A stretch of 56,779 bases of DNA, counting the filler, from Jimgerdemannia flammicorona (lineage: Eukaryota), in the NCBI GenBank assembly GCA_003990765.1. It is 3 parts of 3 records of this genome, joined end to end, with 100 filler letters (N's around TTAATTAATTAA, not from the genome) between each part and the next. Parts side by side here need not be neighbours in the genome. Positions count along the whole stretch, not along the records: positions 1 to 18,862 come from RBNJ01002086.1; positions 18,963 to 37,823 come from RBNJ01002087.1; 1 more part is not named here. One strand, written 5' to 3'. This document shows positions 14,401 to 27,650 of this stretch, piece after piece. The first letter of the stretch is position 1. Each line of letters begins with the position of its first letter. The translations under genes were made by a program, and so were the position numbers. Under the pieces are notes generated by a model, which searched no databases, was not told where the DNA came from, and saw nothing but the letters and a program-made list of their open reading frames with translations.

Positions 14401-15975
14401 CATTCGTGGTTACGGCAGTTGTTTCAGACGTATAACCATTCGTGGTCATGATGGAAGTTTGCATCCATTTATTGTCCAGCATCCAGCTGCCCGCCATGGC
14501 CGACGGGAAGAGCGTATAATGCAGTTATTCAGGATCCTGAACAGGTGCAGTACAATTGACGTTTCAATTTACGTACCGTTTATGTCTGTTTAACTAGGTC
14601 TAACAATGTGTGCCACACCTTCATTTCGTAGCGTTCTCGAACGACACAAGGAAAGCCGAATGCGGAACCTGAACTTCCATCTTCCGGTCATCATCCCCTT
14701 GGCTCCGCATGTTCGCCTTGTCGAAGATGACCCATCTTACTGTTCACTTCAGGAAGTGTACGAGGACCACTGTGACAACGCGAGCATCCATAAGGACGAT
14801 CCAATCACTTTCTTCATCGACAAAATCCGGTCCAATCTTGATTTGAAAAGAGGGGTGAGTAATTTCCCGACTTTCAACAGGCTTTCATGAAGGCGTATAA
14901 TAATAATCTGATTTTGTCCACCGCGGTAGACGGAATTGCTGAACCTCAGGATGGAGATCGGCGATGAAATTGCGGCCAAGATGGTCCCACCGACTATCCT
15001 TACGAAGGTAAATAATTTTATTTGGTAATAATGCCACTTGTTTTGATGCTTTACTGAAGCGCGTCTCCATTACTTTCTCATTTACAGTATATGTTGAAAT
15101 CGATGAGCTCCTACACTGATTTCTGGATGATTCGGAAGCAATTCACGACGCAACTGGCCTCGACCACGTTCATGACGTACATCATGAGTGTCGCTCATCG
15201 GCAACCATACAAATTCTTCATATCCCGTAATAATGGCAACATCTGGATGACTGAACTGCTGCCAGGTAATGCTGATTCTTGTGCTTAAGATGCCGTTTTG
15301 CTGGCCTGAGAAATGGTGGGAGAGTATGATTTACTCAAATTATTTTGACTTTTTCCTTCAATTAGTCTGGAGCCAAAATGGTCCCGTGTTCGCGACTGGA
15401 GAGTCCGTTCCTTTCAGATTGACACCAAACATTCAAAACTTCATTACTCCAGTGGGGGTTGAGGGCATGTTCACTAGCTCCTTGATGGCGGTCGCGCGTT
15501 GCTTGACTGAACCTGAGGTATATGAAATTCTTTTTGCTTACATGCTATTTTAATGGGCGGCCAAAACTCTAACGCTGTCTTCTGCTTGATCCACAGTTTG
15601 AACTCGATCAGTATCTGAGTATCTTCATCCGCGACGAATTGGTGACATGGCACAGCATTAACCACAAGCCGGCCAACGACCAACAGTTGCGGGAGCATGT
15701 TGCGCGGAATGTGGACTACGTATTAAAAAAGACACAATTCTTGTCATGCAAGATGGAACGGGAAAAGGTAAAGGTATATAAATATCCTTTCATTTTATAT
15801 CTGTTCTCTGGAGTAGGCCGTTATAAATCGCAAAACTAATCGTCTTTTTACTACTATCACTTAGGCTGTCAACTCAAATACGCCAGTGAACCAAAGTATT
15901 ATCGATTTGATCTCGCAGGCCGGAAATCCTCAGAAGTTAGCGCAGATGGAATGCACGTGGATGCCGTGGTTGTAG
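2432..15975 (+). CDS. TRA1: Tra1/TRRAP PIKK-family pseudokinase (SAGA/NuA4 scaffold), about 21 exons
   Basis: Spliced start [23 protein letters not shown]. Tra1 signatures include [56 protein letters not shown] and [16 protein letters not shown] region has [11 protein letters not shown] and [10 protein letters not shown]; kinase-like region has [11 protein letters not shown] and [12 protein letters not shown] end is [12 protein letters not shown] at 15975. Large exons ~4790-9688 and ~9800-12881; GT-AG introns throughout. Confidence 0.96.
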
Positions 15976-17607
15976 TTGTGCCACGATTGTTTTGTTTTTT
16001 TTTTTAACTTTTTGATTTTTGTTTTGCCTACATGTATTATCCAGTGCATATATATATAACTTCTTGTAAATTTTTAGAAAAAATTTTCGGTTCATTTCGC
16101 TTTGCATTCCTAAATCCATTGGTTTGTGTTTTTACATTTGATAACAATAAAGGTTCCAACTACAATAGCACTACTAAACGAAATGGCAACTTTGGGTACT
16201 CAAATCACTACTACATCGTGAGTCGGCCTCAAATACTCGGCTCACGATGTCCAACCGGACAGCTCTGGCGTACTATTCTTTCTATTTAACATAATTATGT
16301 GAAAATGAGAAAGTTTCATCCCATGAGCGGGCCTTGCCACATTTCACTGAAGATTATTATGTGCAAAAGAATGTGAATTGAGGAGAACGATTTTCCAATT
16401 TCGGTTTTCACGTGACAAGTGGTCGATTTGCTATTGTAATTACATTCATGTTCTAACCACTCCGTAGTGTCAATATGTTGACGTTGAAATAAAAAATAAA
16501 ATAAAATAAAATAAAAGCCAGAATTATTCCTTGCATCGCCTCTGCAAATATCACCCATTTGTTTTACAGAAGGCGATCCATGCGATTCAAATGGTCGAAG
16601 ACAGCTCATATTGGACCCACACCACACATGGACTCACCACAACCACCAGCTCATGTGCAATTTGAGAGTCTGAAGTGCCACAATGTGAGTTTTTTTTTTT
16701 TTGGTGGCCTTTCTACTGGACGGAAAATAACCCGCTTTGTTACATCGTCATCGCCGTTCTGTACTTGGTTGTTGTTCATCACCATTCTGTGTTTAGTCGC
16801 TGTCATTGTCATTCATTGTCCGTTGTCATCATCCATCCTCCAATAATTATAAGTAAATTAGCTCTAGAGTAAATATTTTGCTATTTTGTAATAATAAAAG
16901 AAAGTTAATATACATCTATAGGCGAGCCTACCCATCTAGGAACATCTATTGGGAACATCTCCATCGGGACCATCGCGCATTCCGATTAACACTCTAGGTG
17001 ACATCTGTCATCTTGGAAATCTACGACATCTGAACATCTGCATCGGGACATGGGACATTTGCATTTAAGGCCATTTTTATTCGGAAGGAACGAAGGTTGT
17101 CACCCAGCGCGAAGCGGCGATACGGAGACATCGCAAAGGTCAGAACAAACTTGATTTTGATGGAATGCAATTGCAACGAAATGTGCGGATTTACCGACAG
17201 AAATTAACGAGAACGGGTAATCGATGCGACCCCGCCATGCGCTCTGAGCCCATCGAGTCTTTGGAATATTTAGCATATGGGTGACACGACGAGTCATGTT
17301 GAGACGAATCTGCTTCTGGGATTAGCCTGTATGAATAAACACACGACTTGACATAATTATAAATAGGCAATCGTTTTCGTGCCAGAAAACATTGTGAAGG
17401 AATCAATAGTGTTTTGGCATGGCATTTGGGTTTGTAATCCTCAAAGCGGGCATGTACATTTTCAGTATGGTACAACACCACCCTCAAGAGAAATGCCACA
17501 AACATGAACTATATAGAAAACAAAAATCACGGCTGGCTTAGGCGTCATACCTGTCTATAAAAACGACCCCTACAACAACTTGGGTAGTACGCGTTTTTAC
17601 AGTATCT

Positions 17608-17712
17608 ACATATACCTGGAATACCTCCCCATAGAGTATATGATTGCAGATTCACTCACCAAAGCCCTTTCAGGACTCAAATTCAAGCAATGCACTTAAG
17701 AAATAGGTCTTA
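17608..17712 (+). mobile_element. Ty1/Copia RNase H C-terminal remnant
   Basis: Translates IYLEYLPIEYMIADSLTKALSGLKFKQC (Copia ADxLTK motif). A PPT-like GAGCAGAAG followed by TGTTGA at ~18009-18023 may be the start of its LTR. Confidence 0.65.
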
Positions 17713-18172
17713 TGAACTTTATACCAGCATCTGGCTAAGTACAATGGACATCACAGGACATTTCCTAAAAAGGACCAGAAAACTATATATTATATCTTTC
17801 TATCATTGTATTATTACTCACTGGTCTCCACCTCTTCTTTTCTCTCTGTATTTGAGTTTTTTTTTCTACCAGTAAGACCTATCTATATCTTACATTTTCA
17901 CTATATTTTTCTTATATTTTAAACATGTGTAGATAGTATCTTTTTAGCTCATTTGCAGTCAATTTGTGGTTATTATTTGGTTTATTCATTTTTACATATT
18001 ATCTCATTGAGCAGAAGTGTTGAAATTCTTATTATTATACAACTTGATAATTTGTGGCTTATATATATACATAACTTAAATTATATTACTAATTTCAATA
18101 TATAAAAATATATGACTTACTTAGATCAATAAACAATTGCTCTCTTTACTCTTTCTTAATTTTTTTAAATAT

Positions 18173-18750
18173 TGTAATGTGCCTGGCTCAATGGAGGCAA
18201 ATTACAAGATTGGGGATTAGTGTAGTTTGGCTTGAGCCCACAGTTACTTATTAAAAGTAATAAAATATTCTTAGTATTTAGTAGTATAAAAGTCAAAAGC
18301 TAGATATCTGCAAGTGATTTCCTTATTGGGATGAGTTCTTGAGTATAGTAGTGATTTGTGTATATGGTGCAGTTATTCTTTATATATAACAGTCTGATAA
18401 TTTAGTAGTTTTCCTTCTTGAATAATAATCTCTGATTTCTGCATAATGATCTCTGTATAGTATGATAGATTCCTTATATGATTTCTGAGTGATAGTCTTG
18501 TATAGCATGACAATCTTGGTGATATTCTTTATGTAGATTTGGTAGATAACTTGATTTGGTGCAGATTCTCCTAAATTGGCAGACTTCTTAAATATTACAG
18601 ATTCTTCTATATTGGACTCACTGGAAATAGAGAATGGTACAGATTCTTCTCACTAGGAATTATACTGACAGTAGATTCACTGAGAATGGATAGATAACTT
18701 AGATAGTGTGAATAACTTAGATAACTTGAATAACTCAGATATCATAGATT
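18173..18750 (-). mobile_element. Degenerate LTR end, same family as the LTR at 19138
   Basis: Starts TGTAATGTGCCTGGCTCAATGGAGGCAAATTACAAG and is colinear with 19138 onward, but more G>A/C>T mutated. Confidence 0.65.
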
Positions 18751-18753
18751 CTT

Positions 18754-18798
<45 letters not shown>

Positions 18799-18862
18799 GT
18801 CCCTTGGACTCCGTCTTTATTACCAGTCTATGAATAAGTATACAATATCACCACCCACTATC

Positions 18863-18962
18863 NNNNNNNNNNNNNNNNNNNNNNNNNNNNNNNNNNNNNN
18901 NNNNNNTTAATTAATTAANNNNNNNNNNNNNNNNNNNNNNNNNNNNNNNNNNNNNNNNNNNN
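18863..18962. other. Assembly gap with six-frame-stop linker
   Basis: N run with central TTAATTAATTAA. Confidence 0.97.
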
Positions 18963-20169
18963 GGTAGTTGGCAAGTCTTGAGGTAATTACTTCTCTTCCT
19001 GTCCAAATGCTAGTGATGACTGGTTCTCCTGTAGTAGCAGAGGTTGGTGTTGTATCAAATGTATCCAGTTTGACTGTGGGTTCTTGTGAGCTGAAAAGTC
19101 ATGTTGATTTTGAAATCTTCCCAGTTGAGCCCCCAAATGTAATGTGTCAGCTCAATGGAGGCAAATTACAAGGTTGGGGGTTGATGTAGTTTGGCTTGAG
19201 CCCCCAGTTACTTTGTTAAAAGCAACAAAATGTTCTTGGTGTTTAGCGGTATAATAGTCAAGATCTGGATACTGTGCGAGCGGTTTCCTTTTTGGGATGG
19301 TTCTCTGGGTGTAGCAGTGATTTGTGTGTAAATGGGCTTCCTTCTTGGGTCAACTGGGAATGGTACAATTTGTGTAGCGTGACGATCTCCCAAAAGTATG
19401 CAATCTCTGGGTGTGACAGTCTGGCAATCTAGCAGTTCTCCTTATGCGATTTCTGCATGACGATCTCTGTGTAGTGCGGCAGTTTCCTTATGTGGGACGT
19501 TCTGATAATTTGGCGAATAACTCGATTTGGCTCACTGGGGATGTAGGGCATGGGTTCTTCTTCTGGAATAAGACTGGCGGCGGGTAACTCAATAACTCAG
19601 GCTCACTGGGAACAACGGGTAACTTGGATAACTCGGGTGACTCAGATAACTCGGATAACTCAGATATCACGGATCGGCTTCAACTGGGAATACTACTTGA
19701 AGGGCGTGAGTTCTTCTGAATCGGGCTCTTCAGGGAATGTAGATAACTCGAAAGTGGCGGACAATGCAGATTTGGCGGGCTTCTTGAAAACGGCGGCTTA
19801 ACTGGGAATTAACTCGGATGGCACGGATTTGGCTTCAACTAGGAATATGGTGGATAACTCAAAAATGACGGGTGACGCGGATAACTCCGATAGCGCGGAT
19901 TCTTCCTGAATCGGCGGGCTTCTAACTGGGAAACAGTGGATAAAACTGGCGGCGTTCTTTGGGAAAGGGTCTCTTGGCAAAGTTACGTCAAAGACTGGCT
20001 TCATTTGTGCGATGAATCACTGCGAAGTTGTGTCAGAAACTGGCTTGAGCAAGGTGGCTTTCTAATGTGGCGGAAAAGGTGGAAATCTTCAGGCTTATCT
20101 GGCAAGCGAACCAAGGGTTTCTCTTCAAAGGCAGCGAAGTTCTTCTTGAACTTAGGCGGCAAATCTTCA

Positions 20170-22208
20170 TGTAAGAGGGTTACTTTTTAGGGTGACCATT
20201 ACATAGTTCTGGAAGGGTTTTCTGGATATTCTGGATGTTCTGGAAGACCATTTTCTTATGGTCAAGATCAATTTCGTATGGAGTACGTCCTCTACGCTTA
20301 TTGATTTCAAGATCGGATTGACGTCTCAACCAAAGTCCTTTTCCGGACTAGTTCTGGATATTCAGGATTTTCCGTATTTCAGGAAGTTCAAGAAACTAAG
20401 ACCAGCTTAGTTGAATTGGCGTATCGCTGCAGACAATACCCAATTAGGAAATTTCGTGATGGGGTTAGGAGTAGGACCTAACAGGGAGCGGATTTACTTA
20501 AGAGTGGTTTGTGAGTTATGGAATAGGTTTATTTGCTATTCATGATATTGCTATACTAGGAGTATTTGTATGAAGGGGTATTGTGGGAAAGTGCTCAGGA
20601 GTTGTGTTCGGATTGTTCAAGTCTTCAAGTCTAAGATTCTGAGGTCTGGGGGAGGGGGTATTTATACTAGTGAGGGGCTATCTGGACTATGCTAGATATG
20701 GATGTAGCACTAAGTGCTTTGCTGAGTCGGAATGCAGTCACATAGTACAAGTGTGATCTGACATGTTAAGAGATCGTCTGACTGCTGAGTCAGTTCACAG
20801 TCACGTTGTACAAGGCTAATCTATCTATACTATGACTGCTAGACTATTTATAGGTTTAGGCACTATCTGGGTAGTCTTCAATGACATCACCATCGATTGC
20901 ATCATCTCTGATGAAGTAGTCATCTAGGAAGAGTGGTTCACGGATTACTTCTCCTTGTTGGCTGAGGTAGTAATACATTGGGACTTCGTCTCCGTCCCAC
21001 AGAATAGCATCGTCTGTTTCATATGCTGGATAAGGTGTTGGTGGGCGAAGGATGAGTGTATTGTCTTCGCTTTCATCGGATTCGCTGTCCATATACCTTC
21101 TATAGGTTACAGCACTATGAGTCGCAGGGTTGTAGTAAGCTGGCGGCTGTGGTTCATGTCGCTCATACTCAGGTGGTGGGGTTGTTGGTTCGGTCTCAAG
21201 GATTGTCTGGAGGTACAGGTTGTGTTCTCCGGTCTATTCATTGTAGTTGAAGTAATCGGGAGTGAACGCGGGTTGGTATTCATGCCAGTGGTCATTGTCC
21301 CAATAAGTCTCGTATGTAGTTATGAACTGTTGTAAGTTTATCGGGAAGGTTGGCGGAGTGATCAGGGTTGGCGGGGATCCTTGGCTAGAGGTCATGTCGG
21401 CGTCAGAGGGATCATTGTCTTCTGCTTCGTCTTCATCAAAGTGGATTATATTGTAGATGTCCTTCATGGCATATCTAACTTGGGGCATTTGCAGTATATG
21501 ATCATTGGGGTATGAGAAGGTTCTGTCTGTAGTTTCGACATACTCGAGGTACTTGTGGTTGAGTTCTTGTATCATGTCATCAATCTGGCCATAGGACAGG
21601 GTAGCAACCATTTCACTGGTAGTGACTTGGAGGCGGGAAATAAAGGTGTTGTACTCGTAGAAGAGTTCTTGATGTTTGCGGGCGATGAGCTTCTGGTGTT
21701 GAGACATCTGAGTAATGTTCGTATCATGATGGTGTTCGACCATATCTTCCAGGAGGTGGCCGATCTGGTAGTAGCTTGAGATTTGTCCGATTCGGTGGGC
21801 CTCGCTAAGCATATTCAGGGCATTCCATCAGGCTTCTACAAAGTAGAGGGGTGCCAGGCTATGGATATTCATGAGGGGCAGAGGGGGTGTGGCTCGGTTG
21901 ATAATGGCATTCCAAATGTCAGCGCGGACATGGTTGTAGATCTCAGTGGTCATGTTTGTATGTTGGAAGTTGTGGTTGTTGTTTGTTTTGGTTCTCTGAT
22001 TCAATGTGTCTCGGTGCTCGGTATATATGCATTTGGTCCTGATTGGTAAGATTCCATTTGTGTAGATCTTGTGTTCTGTGACTTCATATTGACTCAGCTC
22101 TGTGCACTGTGACTTCTGTTTGACTCAGCTTTGTGATTAAGCAGGTGATTTCCAGATTTGTTCAGAGGTCACGTGTGATTTCAGTGGCTTGGAGGTTGTG
22201 CACTTACA
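20170..22208 (-). mobile_element. Solo LTR (~2.04 kb) with 5-bp TSD CTTCA, related to the LTRs at 30880 and 35822
   Basis: TGTAAGAGGG...GCACTTACA termini; CTTCA at 20165-20169 and 22209-22213. 20170-~20910 and the last ~40 bp align with the 1.5-kb LTRs. Confidence 0.85.
20856..21953 (-). pseudogene. LTR-encoded ~365-codon ORF of unknown function broken by two in-frame stops
   Basis: One frame from ATG 21953 (MTTEIYNHVRADIWN...) joins track ORFs 21234..21812 and 20856..21092. It is interrupted only by TGA (21830-21828) and TAG (21236-21234), each one C>T from CGA/CAG. Confidence 0.65.
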
Positions 22209-22773
22209 CTTCAGCTTTGTATTGGAAAGTGGACCAGAGTGGGAATAAGGGGACTAATTGCTCAATCTTTAGAGGCTTCTTTGGTTTGCACTTCAATTCG
22301 GACTGAGGTTTTTATTCACTCTCGCCTCTGGGGTAATTTATATAAGTTGGTTGCTATCTGGTTACTATGTGGCTAACTATAGATCTGCTACTTATGGCAG
22401 ATGTACAGAGTCTGTACGGTGTACAGGACCTGTACAGTGTACAGAGTCTGTACGGTGTACAGAGTCTGTATGGGTAAACAGACCCTTTCTGGTATGTCTG
22501 GCTATTTATACAGTTTTCCACAACAATGGTTGCTGGTTACTAGACTGAGTGTTCACGTCATCCTGTTCACGTCATCTGGTTAAGATATGATTCAGGTGGT
22601 ACATCTTGGCTTGTCACAATAGTATCTTCTTCCTTAACTAGATATTATCTCAATATATCTTAGGCTATATAGAGAGTTAGCTAATCTTGAGTATCAAGTA
22701 TCAGTATAGGTTATTTGTAGATTATTAGTATCTATGGTAGAGCTCTCTGAGCTTTGATGAGCTTTCTGATAAG

Positions 22774-23387
22774 TAGTGCTCTAAATGAGTCAATCTGGAT
22801 GGAATTCAGATGGGATTCGAATTCCATCTGGATCAACTCAGATGGGATTCCAGATGGATTCGAATCAATCATTGTTTTGATTTCCAAATTAGACAATTAA
22901 ATGTTTACATCAATAACTTGATGAATAATTATCCAAATTTGATAATCTTAGTATCATTTGAAAGCCCTTAATAAGGCCTTTCTAATGATACCAAGTAAAT
23001 TAAAATTGGATTATGTATTGCTAAGATATTAAGGAAAATGTTCTATTTGACAAAATTTCCAAAATTGGCAAATCGAACAATTTCCAAAATTAGCAATTTA
23101 GGTATTTTCCTTCATAACTCAGCAATGCATGATCCAATTTCAATGTTCTTGGTATCATTAGATAGGCCTTATTAAGGGCTTTCAAATAACATCAATATTA
23201 TCAAATTTGGATGATTATTCATTGAGTTATTGATGTAAACATTTAATTGTCTAATTTGGAAATCAAAATAATGATTGATTTGAATCCATCTGGATGGGTT
23301 TGAATCTCATCTAAGTTGATCCAGATGGGATTCAATCTGAATCAATCTGAATTCAATCTGAATTAAATTGACTCATTAGGAGTACTA
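22774..23387. mobile_element. hAT-type MITE / foldback element 1
   Basis: TIRs TAGTGCTCTAAATGAGTC / GACTCATTAGGAGTACTA; 8-bp TSD CTGATAAG / CTAATAAG; near-palindromic body. Confidence 0.85.
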
Positions 23388-26074
23388 CTAATAAGCATAG
23401 TTCTAGTATATAACTGTTTTTCAGATGAAATCAGAATGGGTATCATAGATAGGAGGAAGGGTGATAATGGTAAATTAGTTAGATATCAGACTAAAGGTAG
23501 TTATTGAGATTATAATAGATATTATCTCAGTAAAGTCTTTTGATTAACTAGTAAACAGTAGAGTAGTATATATAGTGACTAGTATTTTGGCTATATTTAA
23601 CTAAAACTAAGAGCTAATATAATAATATAATTAAGATCTATAGACTTAGAGAGTGGGATATTTCTTATTTAGTAGTATATATCTGACTAAAATCTAGGAG
23701 CTAATACAGTAATATAATTAAGGCCCATAGGCTTAGAGAGTGAGATTAGAGTCTTTTTAAACCTTAGTCTATATATTAGTCCTTTTGAGATAATCTTATA
23801 TATAGTTTTTTACTCACTTACTATAAATCTGCTCTGCTTCTTATTAGTTAGTTAGAGAGGTTTTTTATTATTATTAACTTTTATTTAGAGTTAAGAGAGT
23901 TATATTATTCAGTTCTAGTATTACTAAATCTAATATATAGATATACTTTCATAATATTAGTCTGATAATCTAGTTCTAATAAACAGATAAGTTCAGTCTA
24001 TATATATCATTAGAATAGGAGTATATAATACTATTCTTATCACAAACTTCATAATATATTTTTGAGTAGTTTATTAGAAAAAGATACTATAATATATCAA
24101 TAAATAAGTAATCTGATAAGTATACTAGATCAGATAGATCTAGGGCATTTAGCTAGTAATATGTCAGAAGAGATTATAGTATAGAGATGGAGTTCTTTAG
24201 TAATACTAGTGGTCAGAGAAGAGTTGATAGAAGTTGACAGCAGAGATCAGTCAGTAGAGAGTTAGGCTAGATAAGCTTTATAGAGAAGATAAAGATAGAT
24301 AGCTGGTCTGAAACTATAAAAAAAAAAAAAAAAAAAAAAAGATAGCTAGTCCGAAAATACTAGAAGTAGATGGTAGGTAAAGATGAAAAAGTTAAATACT
24401 GGTAGAGCTAGAGAGATACTATTAAACAGAACAGATATAGAGACTGGGAGAGCTATTATTAAGAACTAAGAAGTAACTATTAATAGTAGTATAATAGTGA
24501 ATCTAGAAAAAAATTCAGATATAATAGCTGATAGTGGGGCTGAGTAGATAGGATATATAAGAGTAGATGACCTAGCTAATAGTATAATAAAGTTAGTAGT
24601 AGTCTTATTACTTAAGAAGTTAATAGTAACTGTCAAGATAATTTAGGATTTGATTATAAACTAACTAACTAGAGCTACTTTAGTAAAGTTTCTACATAGG
24701 CTTGAGAGAGTTAAGATAGAGTTTGAAAAAAAAGAGCTATTGATGAAGACCATGAAAACTAAGCTATTAGTTAGTAAGGTAGTGATACTAATAGCTCAGT
24801 ATCTTAGATGAGATTCAAGAATCATATAACTCTTAGTAAAAGAGGTATCTATAGTGATAACTATCAAGATAAGAAGGAGGATTGAAGAGATGATGAAGAA
24901 GTATAGAGAGGTAGTAGATATAGAATTTTATATATAGGAGAATACTATATTTAGAACAGATAATATTGATGTTAAGCTTTAGCTTATAGAGAAAAAAACT
25001 ACTGAGAAGACTAGAGACTGACCTGTGGTACTTATGTAAAATATATTTATCTATAAGATAATAAGAGTAAAGAGGAGTAAAAAAGAGAAGGAGAATTTAA
25101 TAGAGACTCTGGAGAAACTCAATAGGATAGTAGAGCTTTATATAGTAGTATAGTAGGCTTATATAGTATCAATATATTTAAAGTAATGAATAATAAAGAA
25201 TATATAAATAAGATAATATAGAAGAAAGTTCAAAAGAGGAAGAGACAGAGAGATCTGCTAATTAATTTAGAGAAAAAAATAGTAATAAGAAAGAAAGAGG
25301 GCTCAGAAGGAGTAATGATAAGTAATTGAACAGAAAATAGAGCAGAAGAGAGAGAGGATGATATAGTATTGAGTAGAGAGATGAGAAAGAAGAGTTGTAG
25401 AGGATATAAAGATGAGGAGTATATATAGAGTCAGATTTAGAATACTGAATATAGTAAAGAGAGGGCAGGTGATTAGAATAGAGGAGAATGAGCTATATAA
25501 TATTTTAGAGAAGAAGTGGGATAAGTCTATTAGTATTAATACTAATACTATATTACTGAAAGAGAAGAGACCTATAACTTTGGGTGGAAAATATATTAGT
25601 AATATATATTAGATAAGTACAATGATAAATAAGTTAGCTATAGAGGAGCTAAGAGAAGTAAATTTGTATGTTGTCAGTAAGGAGCACTAGATAAGAGTAT
25701 TGAGAAATGATAGAGTGATAGAGAAACTAAAGACCAAACATTCCTCTTTCAGATATATTTTACATTATATAAATATATATATTACTAAGTTTTGCATAAT
25801 TTTTTTTAGTAAAAAGTATTAAGAACATAATATAAATTCAGAGTTCTGAAGAGTATACTGAGCAGAATAGCCCTAGTATATTCAACTAATAGTATATGGA
25901 GAGGAGTCATGGCTTGGGGGGAGATCAGTTGAGCTCTTATTTAGGTGAGTGAGTTTTACTAATAAGGTCAAGACTAGAGGTCAGTCAGTAGATTTAAATG
26001 ACTGACTGTAAAGAGATAAGGAGAAGGTGAGAGCTATAGGGCCTAGAGAGGCTGCTCAGGATAGTAATAGTGGC

Positions 26075-26419
26075 TAGTGCTTCTAATGAATTGAATTGAA
26101 TCAAAGGTCTAATTCAATTCAATTTAAATTAAATTAAAGACTAATTTGATTTGAGATCTCATTTGAATACTATTTTTTGAAATACAATAACTTGATAAAT
26201 ATATATCAAAATTCAATGACCTTTAGCTTGTTAGATTCCTCTTATATAGAGGAATCTAATAAGCTAAAGATTATTAAATTTAGATATATATTCATTGAGT
26301 TATTATATTTTGAAAAATAGGGTTTAAATTAGACCCTCGATTTAATTTGAATTTGATTTGATTAGAATGACCCTTAATTTGATTTAATTCAAATTGATTC
26401 AATTCATTTAGGGGTACTA
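26075..26419. mobile_element. hAT-type MITE 2
   Basis: TIRs TAGTGCTTCTAATGAATTG / CAATTCATTTAGGGGTACTA; perfect 8-bp TSD ATAGTGGC; central hairpin. Confidence 0.88.
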
Positions 26420-27650
26420 ATAGTGGCAGAACTGGGGGAGTAATAACTAGAGAAGAGAAAGAGACTGCTGATAGAAGGGTGACTATTAATTTGGAAAAAA
26501 ATCTAGATATAATAATTGATAGAGAGTCTGGACAGGATAGTAGTATGAGGATAGGAGACTTGGCCAATAGTATAATAGGCCTGGTGGTAGTGCTATTACT
26601 TAAGAAATCAGTATTTAAATTTATAGTCACTCTGTACTTCTAAAACTTTAGTAGTTATAGTAAAAAAGATTCTAGGATTACTGGCCCAGAAGGTAAAAAA
26701 AGCAGTCTTGATGAAGTTTCTAAAGGAGCTTAAGAGAGTTAAGGTGGGCTTTGAGGAGGAAGATCTGATACTGAAGATAATAAAGAAAGAGATAGTAGTC
26801 AGAAGAGTGACAATTCTGATAGTGAGATATCTATATTAGGACCTCTAGATAGTTTAGCTGGTAGTGGCAAATATTCCTATAGTGAAGAAAAAGAGTCAGA
26901 AAGCTGATTGTTAATACTATCAAGAAGTATGGAGATGTAATAGATATCAGATTCTAGATCTGAGAGGATATAGAGTTCAAGATAAGTAATATAGATATCT
27001 GAGTGAGACTAGTAGAAAAGAAGAATATAAGAAAAGGGAGAAATTGGCCAGTAGTACTAAAGTGGAGTTTAGTAGAGTATAAGATATCAAGAGTAAAGGA
27101 GATGTCTAAAGAGAAGAAAGATTTGCTAGAGATACTGAAAGATTTAGTAGAGGCAGTAGAGAGAAAAAGGCTAGCTTAGAAGGAATTTGAGACTAAGATA
27201 GTGATAGAAATTATCAATAGTAAGAGAGTACATCTAGATTAAACTACTTGAGAGAGAGCTCAAGAAAGACAGTAGCAAAGAAAGTTATTAGCAAGTTTGG
27301 AGAGAGGTTTAAAAGTAATAAGAATAACTGAGATAGCTGGGTCAAGGGTCAGTACCTGAGCAGTAGAGATATCAATATTATGAGGAGAGAATCCAGAGAG
27401 GAGTGTGGCTCAAGAATGAAGCATGATGGTTGAAGATATAGTGATAGAAGAAGAGATCTGAATTCAGTATAAGATTCTGACTATAGGGGGGGGGGGATAA
27501 GTTGCAGAATATATAGAAGAATAACTGAGATAAGTCAGTAAGAACAAATGTCAATAGTAGTCAGAGAGTTGAGAGATAGAGAGCAGACTCAGGAGAGAAG
27601 ATAGTAAGGAGAAAGAAATAGCTATAGAAGACATTGTCAAATATTATAAC

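Larger units (their letters stand above)
19117..22618 (-). mobile_element. 5' LTR (19138-22618, interrupted by a nested solo LTR) plus tRNA-Pro-type PBS
   Basis: TG...CA termini. On the minus strand the LTR end ...CATTACA is followed by TTTGGGGGCTCAACTGGGA, resembling the tRNA-Pro PBS TGGGGGCTCGTCCGGGA. Internal GATAACTCG-type repeats (~19620-19890) and 18-bp TGTACAGAGTCTGTACGG repeats (~22402-22470). Confidence 0.6.

Noticed and set aside
15187..15264. Missing kinase catalytic residues (AHRQPYK for DRHxxN, ELL for DFG)
   Set aside because: Expected, since Tra1/TRRAP is a known pseudokinase; this is not pseudogenisation.
18173..22618. One complete LTR element spanning the first gap
   Set aside because: No matching TSD (AATAT vs ATAGT), and the join crosses an artificial linker.
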